A stretch of 59,195 nucleotides of DNA from Candidatus Moranbacteria bacterium GW2011_GWE2_36_40 (GCA_000991645.1 LBRX01000003.1:1-59195), one strand, 5' to 3'. Shown: positions 36,676-45,910, counted from the stretch's first letter. Made by a program: numbers and translations. The notes: generated by a model from the letters alone, not told the origin.

Positions 36676-36834
36676 GAGATTGCGAACTACCAACTCGCTC
36701 TAAAAATCTCCGATTAAGCTGCTTACGAACAAGCGCACAAAGTGCCCAAATAATACGGGAAATCGAGTGGAACCACCCTATCGCCAGATAGAGTCTCGAT
36801 ACGAAAACATTAACTTGTTTTCACTGTATTGTTT
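36676..36834 (+). promoter_or_regulatory. T-box-like leader: ACC (Thr) specifier hairpin, T-box antiterminator, competing terminator
   Basis: Hairpin 36676-36710 has loop ACUACCAAC (ACC then A). aaatcgagtggaaccaccc resembles the T-box consensus AANNNGGGUGGUACCGCG. It folds as A1 atcgag/ctcgat, a 7-nt bulge UGGAACC, A2 accctatc/gatagagt and loop gcca (36762-36800). The alternative hairpin cgatacgaaaaca/tgttttc-(act)-gtattg (36797-36831) followed by ttt overlaps the A1 3' strand. Confidence 0.45.
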
Positions 36835-36896
36835 AGGGTTTTTATTTTATTAAAAAGTAACAAAAGTCATTAGCAGTAAGTTTAGTCATTGGCCAT

Positions 36897-37289
36897 ATGT
36901 CATTAGAAAAAACAAAAATAAAAAGTTACACAGATTTAGATGTTTATCAAAGATCATATAAATTATCTATTATTGTATGCACTAAGGTCATTGTAAAACT
37001 TCCATCAGCAGAAAAATTTGGTTTAACTGATCAACTCGGAAGATCATCCAAGGCAATTCCAAGATTAATCGCAGAAGGCTTTGGCAAAAAACATCAGAAG
37101 AGAGGTTTTCACAAATATTTGGATGATGCGATGGCGGAAAATAATGAGTCTATTGTAAGTCTTTGCCAGATACGAGATATTTATGCTAATAATATTAATG
37201 CCAAATCGGTTCAGTTACTAATTGATGAATACGAAATAGTAGGAAAACAAATGTTTAGACTTAAACAAAGCTGGAGTAAATTTTCTTAA
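36897..37289 (+). CDS. orphan four-helix-bundle (Avd/23S-IVS-like) protein
   Basis: ..YTDLDVYQRSYKLSIIV..LTDQLGRSSKAIPRLIAEGFGKK..YLDDAMAENNES.. family signature. Flanked by the inverted repeats gtcattagcagta (36867-36879) and tactgccaatgac (37341-37353). Confidence 0.8.
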   Translation: MSLEKTKIKSYTDLDVYQRSYKLSIIVCTKVIVKLPSAEKFGLTDQLGRSSKAIPRLIAEGFGKKHQKRGFHKYLDDAMAENNESIVSLCQIRDIYANNINAKSVQLLIDEYEIVGKQMFRLKQSWSKFS

Positions 37290-37348
37290 TAAATATAATT
37301 TATTTTGGCAGACCAGTGACTAGAGACTAAAGACTCGTCCTACTGCCA

Positions 37349-39163
37349 ATGACTAATGTAACCAGAAAAAATATGAAATCAGAAATCAACAAACTCGAAC
37401 TAATCCGTCATTCAACTGCACATATCCTAGCAGCCGCTGTTTTAGAAATGTTTCCAGAGGCAAAATTCGGAATTGGACCTGCCGTGGAAAATGGATTTTA
37501 CTATGACTTTGAACTTCCACGCACACTTATCCCTGAAGATTTGCCACTCTTGGAAGAAAAGATGAAAGAAATCATCAAAGCAAACCATGCTTTTGAAAAA
37601 GCTGAGGTTTCAATTGATGATGCCATGGAAAAATTCAAGCAGCTTGATCAGACTTTAAAATTGGAACTCATTGATGATCTTCATAAGGCTGGAAATGAAA
37701 CTGTAACGATTTATAAATCTGGACATTTTGTTGATCTCTGCACCGGACCACACATCGAATCAACTGGCAAAATTCAACACAATGCTTTTGCGCTAACAAA
37801 AATTTCTGGAGCATATTGGAAAGCAGACGCCACCAAGCAACAACTGCAAAGAATTTACGGAGTGGTGTTTGAAAATAAAGAAGGACTCAAAAACTATTTT
37901 CATCTCGTTGATGAGGCTGCCAAAAGAGATCATCGCAAGCTTGGGAAAGAATTGGATCTGTTTTGCTTTTCAGATTTGGTTGGACCGGGACTTCCCCTCT
38001 TCACACCAAACGGAACAATCATCAAGGATGAGTTGCAAAAACATATTGAAAAAGTTTGCCGAGGATATGGTTTTCAAAAAGTTTCAACTCCTCATCTTGC
38101 TAAAATTGATTTATATGAAAAATCAGGACATGCTCAAAAATTTGGAGATGAACTTTTCCAAGTAGCATCACATTACAAACAAAATTATGTGATGAAGCCA
38201 GTGCAATGTCCTCATCAAACTCAAATTTTTGCTTCCAAAGCTCGCTCCTATCGAGACCTTCCTATTCGCTATATGGAAAGTGAAAAACAATATCGCGATG
38301 AAAAACCAGGAGAAATTGGAGGTCTTCAACGCGTAATTGCAATCACGGTTGAAGACGGTCACAGTTTTTGCACCATTGATCAAGTGAAGCAAGAAGTGAA
38401 AAACATGATAGAAATTATCCAAAATTTTTATACATCACTTGGCATGTGGGAAAACCACAGTGTTTCACTTTCAGTACGAGATTACGCACATCCAGAAAAA
38501 TACATTGGCGAAACTACTGATTGGGATGTCTGCGAGAAAATGCTGCAAGATATTTCAGATGAGATGGGATTAAATGCGATCAAACACGAGGGAGAAGCTG
38601 CACTTTATGGACCAAAACTTGATTTCATGTTTCGCGATTCTCTTGGCAAAGAAATTCAAATTCCAACAGTGCAATTGGATTTTGCTACTCCAAAGAGATT
38701 TGAGTTGGAATATACCAATAACGAAGGAGGAAAATCCTCTCCTGTTATGGTGCATCGAGCAATTTTAGGATCATATGAAAGATTTATGATGCTCCTTATT
38801 GAACACTTTGCCGGAGCCTTTCCTCTTTGGCTCTCCCCTGTTCAAGTTGCCATTTTACCAATTTCTGAAAAATTTGCAGACTACGCTGAAGAAGTTAAAA
38901 ACAAATTATCAGAAAATGATATCCGCGTAGAACTTAGCGACAAAGCTGAATCACTTGGAAAAAGAATTTCTGAAGCAGAAAAAATGAAAACTCCATACAT
39001 CATTGTGGTTGGAGAAAAAGAAGTTAATGATAAAACAGTAGCCATCAGAACTCGCGGAATAAAGGAGCCCGCCTCCACAGAGCTTCGTCGAGGCGAGCAA
39101 CAAACAATGCCAATTGACGAATTTGTTAATAAGATTTCTTTCGAAATAAAAAACAAAATCTAA
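37349..39163 (+). CDS. thrS: threonine--tRNA ligase (no TGS domain; start could be Met-9 at 37373)
   Basis: ..RHSTAHILAAAV.. editing-domain-type motif, class II core (..FRDE.., ..GLQRV..), and a C-terminal anticodon-binding domain. In-frame GC hairpin insertion at 39067-39098. Confidence 0.93.
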   Translation: MTNVTRKNMKSEINKLELIRHSTAHILAAAVLEMFPEAKFGIGPAVENGFYYDFELPRTLIPEDLPLLEEKMKEIIKANHAFEKAEVSIDDAMEKFKQLDQTLKLELIDDLHKAGNETVTIYKSGHFVDLCTGPHIESTGKIQHNAFALTKISGAYWKADATKQQLQRIYGVVFENKEGLKNYFHLVDEAAKRDHRKLGKELDLFCFSDLVGPGLPLFTPNGTIIKDELQKHIEKVCRGYGFQKVSTPHLAKIDLYEKSGHAQKFGDELFQVASHYKQNYVMKPVQCPHQTQIFASKARSYRDLPIRYMESEKQYRDEKPGEIGGLQRVIAITVEDGHSFCTIDQVKQEVKNMIEIIQNFYTSLGMWENHSVSLSVRDYAHPEKYIGETTDWDVCEKMLQDISDEMGLNAIKHEGEAALYGPKLDFMFRDSLGKEIQIPTVQLDFATPKRFELEYTNNEGGKSSPVMVHRAILGSYERFMMLLIEHFAGAFPLWLSPVQVAILPISEKFADYAEEVKNKLSENDIRVELSDKAESLGKRISEAEKMKTPYIIVVGEKEVNDKTVAIRTRGIKEPASTELRRGEQQTMPIDEFVNKISFEIKNKI

Positions 39164-39221
39164 AAAATTTTATTTTTGCATACCTTATATATTTCGCATG
39201 TTTCATGTTGCGTTATTTTCT

Positions 39222-40586
39222 ATGAATTATTTTATCAAAACTTTTGGTTGCCAGATGAATGTTAGCGACAGTGAACGAATTGCTGCTTTTTTAGAGGAGC
39301 ACAATTTTTCCAGTAGTGACAATATTAAAGAAGCTGACTTGGTTATTTTTAATACATGTGGCATCAAACAAACCGCTGAAAATAGAGCGTACAGCATGAT
39401 CAACAATTTACGTAAAGAGAAGAAACGAAATGTACAAATAATAATGACTGGTTGCCTTGCCAATCGCGCCGATGTTCAAAAAAGAATGAAATCAAAAGTT
39501 GATTTATTTTTCCCTGTTAAAGATATTAAAGAATTTGAAAATTGGATCATTGAAAATTATTTGGAAATTGGAAATTGGAAATTGGAAATTGCGGCACCAA
39601 ATAAAATTACCAACAAAGAAAATATCGCATATCTTTCTATTAATCCAAAATATAGTAGCAATTATGCCGCTTACGTTCCCATCATGACTGGCTGCAATAA
39701 TTTCTGCGCATACTGCGTTGTTCCAAATGCGCGAGGACGTGAAGTTTCTCGGCCTGCCGAGGAAATAATCAGTGAGATTAAAGACCTTATTGCAAAAGGA
39801 TACAAAAGCATTACGCTGCTGGGGCAGAATGTGAATAGCTATAAATCACCCACGACTATCAACTATCAACTATCAACAAAAAATGCTCAGAAGGAAATTA
39901 ATTTCGCTACGCTTCTCAAAAAAATTAATTCCATTCCAGGGAAATTCTGGATCAACTTTGTTTCCTCACATCCCAAGAATATGGATGATAAGTTGATTGA
40001 AACAGTGGTAAAAAGTAAAAAAGTTTGCGAATGGATTCATTTGCCTGTGCAAGCTGGCGATGATGATATTCTGCGCAAAATGAATCGGCGCTACACACAA
40101 AAACATTATTTAGAGCAAATCAAAAAAATACGAGCTGCGTTTAAGAAATACAAACCCCAACATCAATTTTCGATTTCATCTGACATTATCGTTGGCTTTC
40201 CAGGCGAAACAAAAAAACAGTTTCTTGAGTCAGCTGCGGTAATGAAAAAATCCAAATTTGACATGGTCTTTTTTGGACAATACTCTCCCCGCCCAGAAAC
40301 AGTGGCATGGAAAATGAAAGATAACGTTTCACAAAAGGAAAAGGTATGGCGCGAAAATTTTCTCAATGAAATTCTTAAGAAAACTGCTTTTACGAATAAT
40401 AAAAAGTATCTTAATAAAACTCTTGAAGTACTAATTGAAAAAGAAAAAGGCGGTTTTTACTTTGGAAAAACCAGAACACAAAAGAATGTAAAATTACAAG
40501 CAAAGAAAAAAGGACTTGTCGGAAAATTCACGAAAGTCCTTATAAAAAAAGCACATGCCTGGAATCTTGAAGGAGAAATCGACTAA
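39222..40586 (+). CDS. miaB: tRNA-i6A37 methylthiotransferase
   Basis: MNYFIKTFGCQMNVSDSE.., radical-SAM CNNFCAYCVVP, C-terminal TRAM-like region. In-frame repeat insertions at 39563-39590 and 39855-39877. Confidence 0.9.
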   Translation: MNYFIKTFGCQMNVSDSERIAAFLEEHNFSSSDNIKEADLVIFNTCGIKQTAENRAYSMINNLRKEKKRNVQIIMTGCLANRADVQKRMKSKVDLFFPVKDIKEFENWIIENYLEIGNWKLEIAAPNKITNKENIAYLSINPKYSSNYAAYVPIMTGCNNFCAYCVVPNARGREVSRPAEEIISEIKDLIAKGYKSITLLGQNVNSYKSPTTINYQLSTKNAQKEINFATLLKKINSIPGKFWINFVSSHPKNMDDKLIETVVKSKKVCEWIHLPVQAGDDDILRKMNRRYTQKHYLEQIKKIRAAFKKYKPQHQFSISSDIIVGFPGETKKQFLESAAVMKKSKFDMVFFGQYSPRPETVAWKMKDNVSQKEKVWRENFLNEILKKTAFTNNKKYLNKTLEVLIEKEKGGFYFGKTRTQKNVKLQAKKKGLVGKFTKVLIKKAHAWNLEGEID

Positions 40587-40969
40587 GTTTGATTTGCAAA
40601 TTTGCCAACTATTTCAGGGATAACCAAAATACTACTGAGAGGTTTTTTGGCAAAATAATCAAAACCAGCATCTGGATGCAAACACTTAACACCATCCAGA
40701 TCCTCAAATGAACTGCTAAGCAAAACCACTGGCTTAGCTGGTGTTATCTTCTTTATAACTTTGCAAAAAATAACACCGTCAGCAAATTGTGGGATTCTGT
40801 ATTCCGTGATTACGACAAAGATGTTTCTGCTATTTTTAATAAAAGCTTGAAATCCATCCGCTATTCCATTTGCCACAATTGTTTCATAATCATATTGCCT
40901 CAGGACTGTTGATAAAAGATGACCAGTTTGTTCATAGCCAACAACGATCAAAACTTTTTCTTTGCACAT
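40583..40969 (-). CDS. stand-alone receiver-like (CheY-fold) domain lacking the canonical Asp pocket
   Basis: ..KVLIVVGYEQ.. replaces the DD pair and ..FVVITEYRIP.. replaces the phospho-Asp strand. ..VVLLSS.. and ..FAKKP.. are retained. Confidence 0.5.
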   Translation of the reverse strand: MCKEKVLIVVGYEQTGHLLSTVLRQYDYETIVANGIADGFQAFIKNSRNIFVVITEYRIPQFADGVIFCKVIKKITPAKPVVLLSSSFEDLDGVKCLHPDAGFDYFAKKPLSSILVIPEIVGKFANQT

Positions 40970-41076
40970 AATCGCACCCCCTAATCCTTTATTAATTTTA
41001 GTGATTAGAAAATATTTAACCCACTTTTCTTAAGGAACATTTACACTTCAGAATAAATCTAGTATACTCCAAAATA

Positions 41077-41988
41077 ATGCAAAAGCAAGTATCAAAAATA
41101 ATTGTAATTATGGGGCCCACAGCCTCGGGAAAATCCGGGATTGCTATTAAACTTGCTCAAAAATTTAATGGCGAAATAATTTCAGCCGACTCAAGACAAG
41201 TTTATAGGGGGCTCAATATTGGTGCAGGCAAAATTCCAAGACAACTTACAACTATCAACTCACAACTATCAACAAAAAATACCTACTTTTCGGAAAACAT
41301 CCCGCATCATTTGATTGACGTGGCGGAGCCGATGGAAGATTATAATATTTCACATTTCAAAAAAGATGCTGAAAAAATAATTAAAGAAATTATTGGGCGA
41401 GAAAAAACCCCAATCATTTGCGGTGGCACAAATTTTTGGATTGATTCAATCACAAAAAACACAATCATACCAGAAGTCGCACCCGACGAACTGTTACGTA
41501 GCATGTTACGTAGCAAAACAACTGAGGAACTTTTTGAAGAATTAAAAAAAATTGATCCTGAGCGTGCGAAAAACATTGATGCAAAAAACCCCGTGCGCCT
41601 CATTCGCGCAATTGAAATATGCAAAGCACTTGGCACAGTTCCAAAGTTGTTTTTGCAAATTGGGATAAAGACTGAGCGAGAAGAATTGAACGCAAAAATA
41701 CAAAAACGTCTTGATGAGCGTTTTAATGAGGGCATGATTAATGAAGTGGAAAACCTGCATAAAAATGGAGTCTCATGGGAGTGGATGGAACGCATCGGCT
41801 TGGAATATCGTTGGATATCAAGATTTTTGCAAAACAAAGTTGAATTAGAAGAAATGAAAAAACTTTTATATTTTGACATCATCCACTTTGCCAAACGCCA
41901 AATGACATGGCTCAAGCGAAACAAAAACATTATCTGGCTTGAAAAATATGATGACATTGAAAAAGAAGTTGCGAGCTTCTTAGAATAA
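41077..41988 (+). CDS. miaA: tRNA dimethylallyltransferase
   Basis: ..IMGPTASGKSGIA.., ..SADSRQVYRGLNIGAGK.., ..IPHHLIDV... In-frame ACTATCA-type insertion at 41241-41280. Confidence 0.9.
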   Translation: MQKQVSKIIVIMGPTASGKSGIAIKLAQKFNGEIISADSRQVYRGLNIGAGKIPRQLTTINSQLSTKNTYFSENIPHHLIDVAEPMEDYNISHFKKDAEKIIKEIIGREKTPIICGGTNFWIDSITKNTIIPEVAPDELLRSMLRSKTTEELFEELKKIDPERAKNIDAKNPVRLIRAIEICKALGTVPKLFLQIGIKTEREELNAKIQKRLDERFNEGMINEVENLHKNGVSWEWMERIGLEYRWISRFLQNKVELEEMKKLLYFDIIHFAKRQMTWLKRNKNIIWLEKYDDIEKEVASFLE

Positions 41989-42036
41989 TCAAGGGTCAAC
42001 GTATTTACGTTAACCCTTTTTATTTCACAACATGAA

Positions 42037-42228
42037 TCAACTATGTGGCCAAAGATTTGCACGCACATCATAAGCAGCACAAGGGGTTCCATAACCTTCC
42101 TGTACATGTTTACGAACAGAACAAACAATAAACCACTGCTCTGTTTTTCTACAATCCTTAAACCCGAACTCCGGACAACATCCTGCCATAGGACAAGGTC
42201 TTTCATTTTTTTCCAATATTGTTGCCAT
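42037..42228 (-). CDS. possible small Cys-rich protein (63 aa from ATG 42228)
   Basis: aaagggg SD 7 nt upstream of the ATG, six Cys residues, visibly GC-richer than the flanks. A competing plus-strand ORF (42043-42288) has no SD. Confidence 0.3.
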   Translation of the reverse strand: MATILEKNERPCPMAGCCPEFGFKDCRKTEQWFIVCSVRKHVQEGYGTPCAAYDVRANLWPHS

Positions 42229-42531
42229 GATCAACCCCTTTCTCAGGCATCCCTGTACCCAAGTTGTTTATTTAACTCCCTTTTGTAAAGAACCGGCTAG
42301 CTCCACCCCGTCATCCGACGGGGTTGTTGACTGGATAAAATTAAAAATTTTAAAAATCAACAAAAAAAATCACCATCACTGGCGATTTTAAATCACATTA
42401 TTTGTTTCGTTTATTGAGTTTTTTTCCTGTATTATTTTATTCATTAAAACTATTATACACCCACCCTATTTTCAATACAAATTGACTTATCCACAGGCTC
42501 AAAGTTCATCTCAATATTAGCTACTAGCTGT

Positions 42532-42930
42532 TTAGATTTCTTTATTTGTAAGATATTTATAAATAGAATTTAATTTGTTAAGCACTGGCAAGACTTCTGT
42601 CATATTGCCATACGCGGAAAGATTTTTAATGTCATCACTTATCTGATTAGCCATATCTTCTCGATCTTTAATTGGGGCAAATTCTGCAATCTTCACAAAT
42701 CCCATATATTTTTTCATATCAATACCACCAATGACCTCTTGCGCAACATTTCCTTCAATATTAACATCTGGGTTTGCAACATTAGTTCTAATTCTTTCAG
42801 TAGCTTGCATCATTACAACTTCAGGCTTAAGACCTTTTTTTGCTAGCGCTTCTTTTTCTGCTGGAGTAAGAGAAACTTGCCCCTTTTTATATTCATGCAA
42901 ACCTTTTCCTTCTGATAATTTTTCGAACAT
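42532..42930 (-). CDS. hypothetical protein (132 aa)
   Basis: ORF immediately downstream of gatB on the same strand. A terminator-like hairpin plus T8 follows at about 42371-42400. Confidence 0.5.
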   Translation of the reverse strand: MFEKLSEGKGLHEYKKGQVSLTPAEKEALAKKGLKPEVVMMQATERIRTNVANPDVNIEGNVAQEVIGGIDMKKYMGFVKIAEFAPIKDREDMANQISDDIKNLSAYGNMTEVLPVLNKLNSIYKYLTNKEI

Positions 42931-42948
42931 ATTTTTTTAATTTAATAA

Positions 42949-44463
42949 TTACTGTAATTTTTTTTGTAATAAATCCATTATAATTTGAGGATTAGCCTTA
43001 CCTTTTGTTTCTTTCATGACTTGCCCCATCAAAAATTTCAAAGCATTTTCCTTTCCTGCCTTGTAATCTAACACAGATTTTTCATTAGCGCCAAGCACAC
43101 TTTCCACAGCCTCTTCCAATTGAGAACTATCATTCATTTGTCCAAGATTTTTTTCGGAAATTATTTGCGATGGATCGCCACCAGTATGATACATTTCCTT
43201 CAAAACAATTTGTGCAGCAGAAGAATTTATTTTTCCATCCGCCACTATTCCAACAAACTCAGCATAATTTTCAGCTGAAATTTTAAGGTCGCGAACATCA
43301 TGATTATTTTCTGCCAAATGCTTGCGAACTTCTGAAATAATATAATTCACCGCCAATTTAATCACTTTTTCTTCAGTTGCCTCAATTTCATGTGAAGAAA
43401 TTTTTTCTTTAATTTCACTAATAACATTTTCAAAATACTCAGCCAAATCAGCCTGAGCAGTCAAAACCAAAATATCATCAATTTTTAATCCATATTCTTC
43501 GGCAAATCTTTTTTCCTTGGCAGCTGGAAGTTCCGGCAATTTGCAGCGCAAGTTTTCAACATACTCAGCAGTGAATTCCATTGGTGGAATATCCGGTTCT
43601 GGAAAATATCTGTAATCATGTGCTGATTCTTTTTTTCTTTGTGAAACTGTCACATTTTTCACACTATCCCAACCTCGAGTTTCTTGAATGATTTCTTCGC
43701 CATTTTCCAAAGCTTCAGTTTGACGCTCAATTTCATAGTTAATAGCCTTTTCCACAAACCTGAAAGAGTTGATATTTTTAACTTCTACTTTAGTACCACT
43801 TAATTTTGGCTCACCCTCCTTATGTAACGAAAGATTAACTTCGCAGCGCATATTACCTTTTTCCATATCCGCATCAGAAATTCCCAAATAGCGGCAAATT
43901 TGTTGAAGTCTGGTGCAAAATATCCGAGCTTGCTCCCCATTTTCGATGTCAGGTTCCGTCACAAGCTCCATTAATGGCACTCCAGCGCGATTATAGTCCA
44001 CCAGAGTATAATCAGCACCCTCAGGATGAATCAGCTTTCCCGTGTCCTCCTCGAGATGAATTCGCGTCACTCCAATGTGCTTTTCCTCCCCATCAGAGGT
44101 TTGAATATCCATATGCCCCAGCCCGCAAAGTGGTTGGTCATATTGTGAAATTTGATAGCCTTTTGGAAGATCTGGATAAAAATAGTTTTTGCGGTCAAAC
44201 TTAGACTTCAAATTAAGCTCGCAATTCAAAGCCAAGCCTGCCAACTGTACAAACTCAATCGCCTGCTGGTTTGGCACTGGCAAAGTTCCCGGCTGCGCTG
44301 TGCAAACTGGGCAAATATGAATATTTGGCTGCTTCTCATGTCCAAGTCCATTTTTGGAGTTACAAAACATCTTAGAGTGAGTTTTGAGCTCCACGTGGAC
44401 TTCCATACCGATAACTGGGATATATTTTGTCATATGATTTTTTATTAAACTATTTTTTTCCAA
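42949..44463 (-). CDS. gatB: Asp/Glu-tRNA amidotransferase subunit B
   Basis: ..YIPVIGMEVHVELKT.., ..DYNRAGVPLMELVTEPD.., C-terminal YqeY-like tail ..FLMGQVMKETKGKANP... Confidence 0.95.
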   Translation of the reverse strand: MEKNSLIKNHMTKYIPVIGMEVHVELKTHSKMFCNSKNGLGHEKQPNIHICPVCTAQPGTLPVPNQQAIEFVQLAGLALNCELNLKSKFDRKNYFYPDLPKGYQISQYDQPLCGLGHMDIQTSDGEEKHIGVTRIHLEEDTGKLIHPEGADYTLVDYNRAGVPLMELVTEPDIENGEQARIFCTRLQQICRYLGISDADMEKGNMRCEVNLSLHKEGEPKLSGTKVEVKNINSFRFVEKAINYEIERQTEALENGEEIIQETRGWDSVKNVTVSQRKKESAHDYRYFPEPDIPPMEFTAEYVENLRCKLPELPAAKEKRFAEEYGLKIDDILVLTAQADLAEYFENVISEIKEKISSHEIEATEEKVIKLAVNYIISEVRKHLAENNHDVRDLKISAENYAEFVGIVADGKINSSAAQIVLKEMYHTGGDPSQIISEKNLGQMNDSSQLEEAVESVLGANEKSVLDYKAGKENALKFLMGQVMKETKGKANPQIIMDLLQKKLQ

Positions 44464-44981
44464 TTCTTTTTATAATATTCAAATTTTTTCTCAAATTCAT
44501 CTTTTTTCGTTTCTTCTATTTTTAAGAATTCCATTTTAGCTCTAAGCATATTGATGGTTTTTTCTTTCTCCATTTCTTTGCACATCTTTTCTAATTCTAT
44601 TATGCGACCATATCCCTTTGTGTCATCCAGCATCACACTTATTCCTTTCCATAAAAAAGTATTTCTCTTGCGAAACCATTTTATCTTAACTTCATAACCC
44701 AAAGATTCAAACAATTTCTCCGCATTTTCAAATTCTTTCAAATCAAATTTAACCTCGATCTCCTCCCGACAATCAGCATGCATCTTTCCCTTTTTGAGCC
44801 ATATTTTTGCAGATTTATCACTTTTTTGAATTCTCAAATCCTGCTCTCCAGAAAAATAATATGAGATTTGATTTTCCTTACCCAAGAATTTTCCTTCTTT
44901 TTTGAAAAATTTCAACAGGGTTTTATATTGTTCTTCTGTAATCAGACTCCTTATTTCAGTTTCTATATTTTTTTGCTCCAT
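44445..44981 (-). CDS. CYTH-domain protein (CyaB/triphosphatase-like)
   Basis: N-terminal ..IETEIR.. (ExExK/R-type) and ..GRIIELE.. strands are typical of the CYTH tunnel fold. Confidence 0.65.
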   Translation of the reverse strand: MEQKNIETEIRSLITEEQYKTLLKFFKKEGKFLGKENQISYYFSGEQDLRIQKSDKSAKIWLKKGKMHADCREEIEVKFDLKEFENAEKLFESLGYEVKIKWFRKRNTFLWKGISVMLDDTKGYGRIIELEKMCKEMEKEKTINMLRAKMEFLKIEETKKDEFEKKFEYYKKNWKKIV

Positions 44982-44999
44982 ATGCTTTTGTTAATTTTT

Positions 45000-45425
45000 T
45001 TAGCGTAATCCCGTACTTCCAAACCCTCCATCTCCCCTGTTTGTTTCTTCCAATTCTTCCACTTGCTCAATTTCTGGAGTTTCAACTTTCTGAAAAATAA
45101 CTTGTGCAATTTTTTGACCTTTTTCTATTTTAAAATCTTCTTTTCCTAAGTTTACCAGCCCAACCAAATATTCGCCAGTGTAATTACTATCAATAACCCC
45201 GCCCAATGTTTTTATTCCAAACTTATGTGATGGACCGCTTTTATCCCAAATGAGTGCTGCATATCCATCTGGAATTTTTATTGCAATCCCAGTAGGACAA
45301 GAAATTCTCTCTCCTGATTTCAATATTAATTCAATAACAGAATATAAATCCATCCCAACATCTCCAGCTAGCGCAAACTGCGGAATTTTAGCATCTGGAT
45401 TAAGTTTTTTTATCTGAATTTTCAT
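45000..45425 (-). CDS. dut: dUTP diphosphatase
   Basis: ..AGDVGMDLYS.., ..GVIDSNYTGE.., C-terminal ..RGDGGFGSTG... Confidence 0.9.
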   Translation of the reverse strand: MKIQIKKLNPDAKIPQFALAGDVGMDLYSVIELILKSGERISCPTGIAIKIPDGYAALIWDKSGPSHKFGIKTLGGVIDSNYTGEYLVGLVNLGKEDFKIEKGQKIAQVIFQKVETPEIEQVEELEETNRGDGGFGSTGLR

Positions 45426-45910
45426 TATTTCTCTAATTCTAAAAATTTATATTTAAAATCTCCCTCACTACCTTCGCGCTTAGAAATTATTTTTTTAAAT
45501 TCATCATATTCAGGAAAAAATACATCAGCTTCAAAATTCCCCTCAATAACCGTCAAATACAATTTGTCAGCCATGCCTATTGTTTGTGCATACACGCTCC
45601 CGCCACCGCAAATAAAAATTTCTTCCTTTTCAATCTCGCGCGCTTTTGCAAAAACTTCATCAAAAGTTCTAGCCATGATAACACCCTCGATATTACATTC
45701 TGGGTCATTAGACAAAACAATAGTCGTGCGATTTGGAAGTGGTTTTCCGATTGATTCAAAAGTTTTCTGCCCCATCACAATCACATGACCAGAAGTTTTT
45801 TCCTTGAAAAATTTAAAGTCTTCTTTGATATGCCAAAGCAGCTGATTGTTTTTTCCAATCGCCCGATTCTCCGCTATGGCGCAAATGATGCTGATTTTTG
45901 GATTATACAT
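45425..45910 (-). CDS. folA: dihydrofolate reductase
   Basis: ..ISIICAIAENRAIGKNNQLLWHIKEDFKFFKEKT..VIVMGQKTFESIG..PNRTTIVLS... Confidence 0.9.
   Translation of the reverse strand: MYNPKISIICAIAENRAIGKNNQLLWHIKEDFKFFKEKTSGHVIVMGQKTFESIGKPLPNRTTIVLSNDPECNIEGVIMARTFDEVFAKAREIEKEEIFICGGGSVYAQTIGMADKLYLTVIEGNFEADVFFPEYDEFKKIISKREGSEGDFKYKFLELEK

Noticed and set aside
41340-42206. A 288-aa ORF on the minus strand.
   Set aside because: It lies entirely antisense to the well-supported miaA gene. It has Ser/Phe/Lys-rich composition typical of antisense frames in AT-rich DNA, and no motif.
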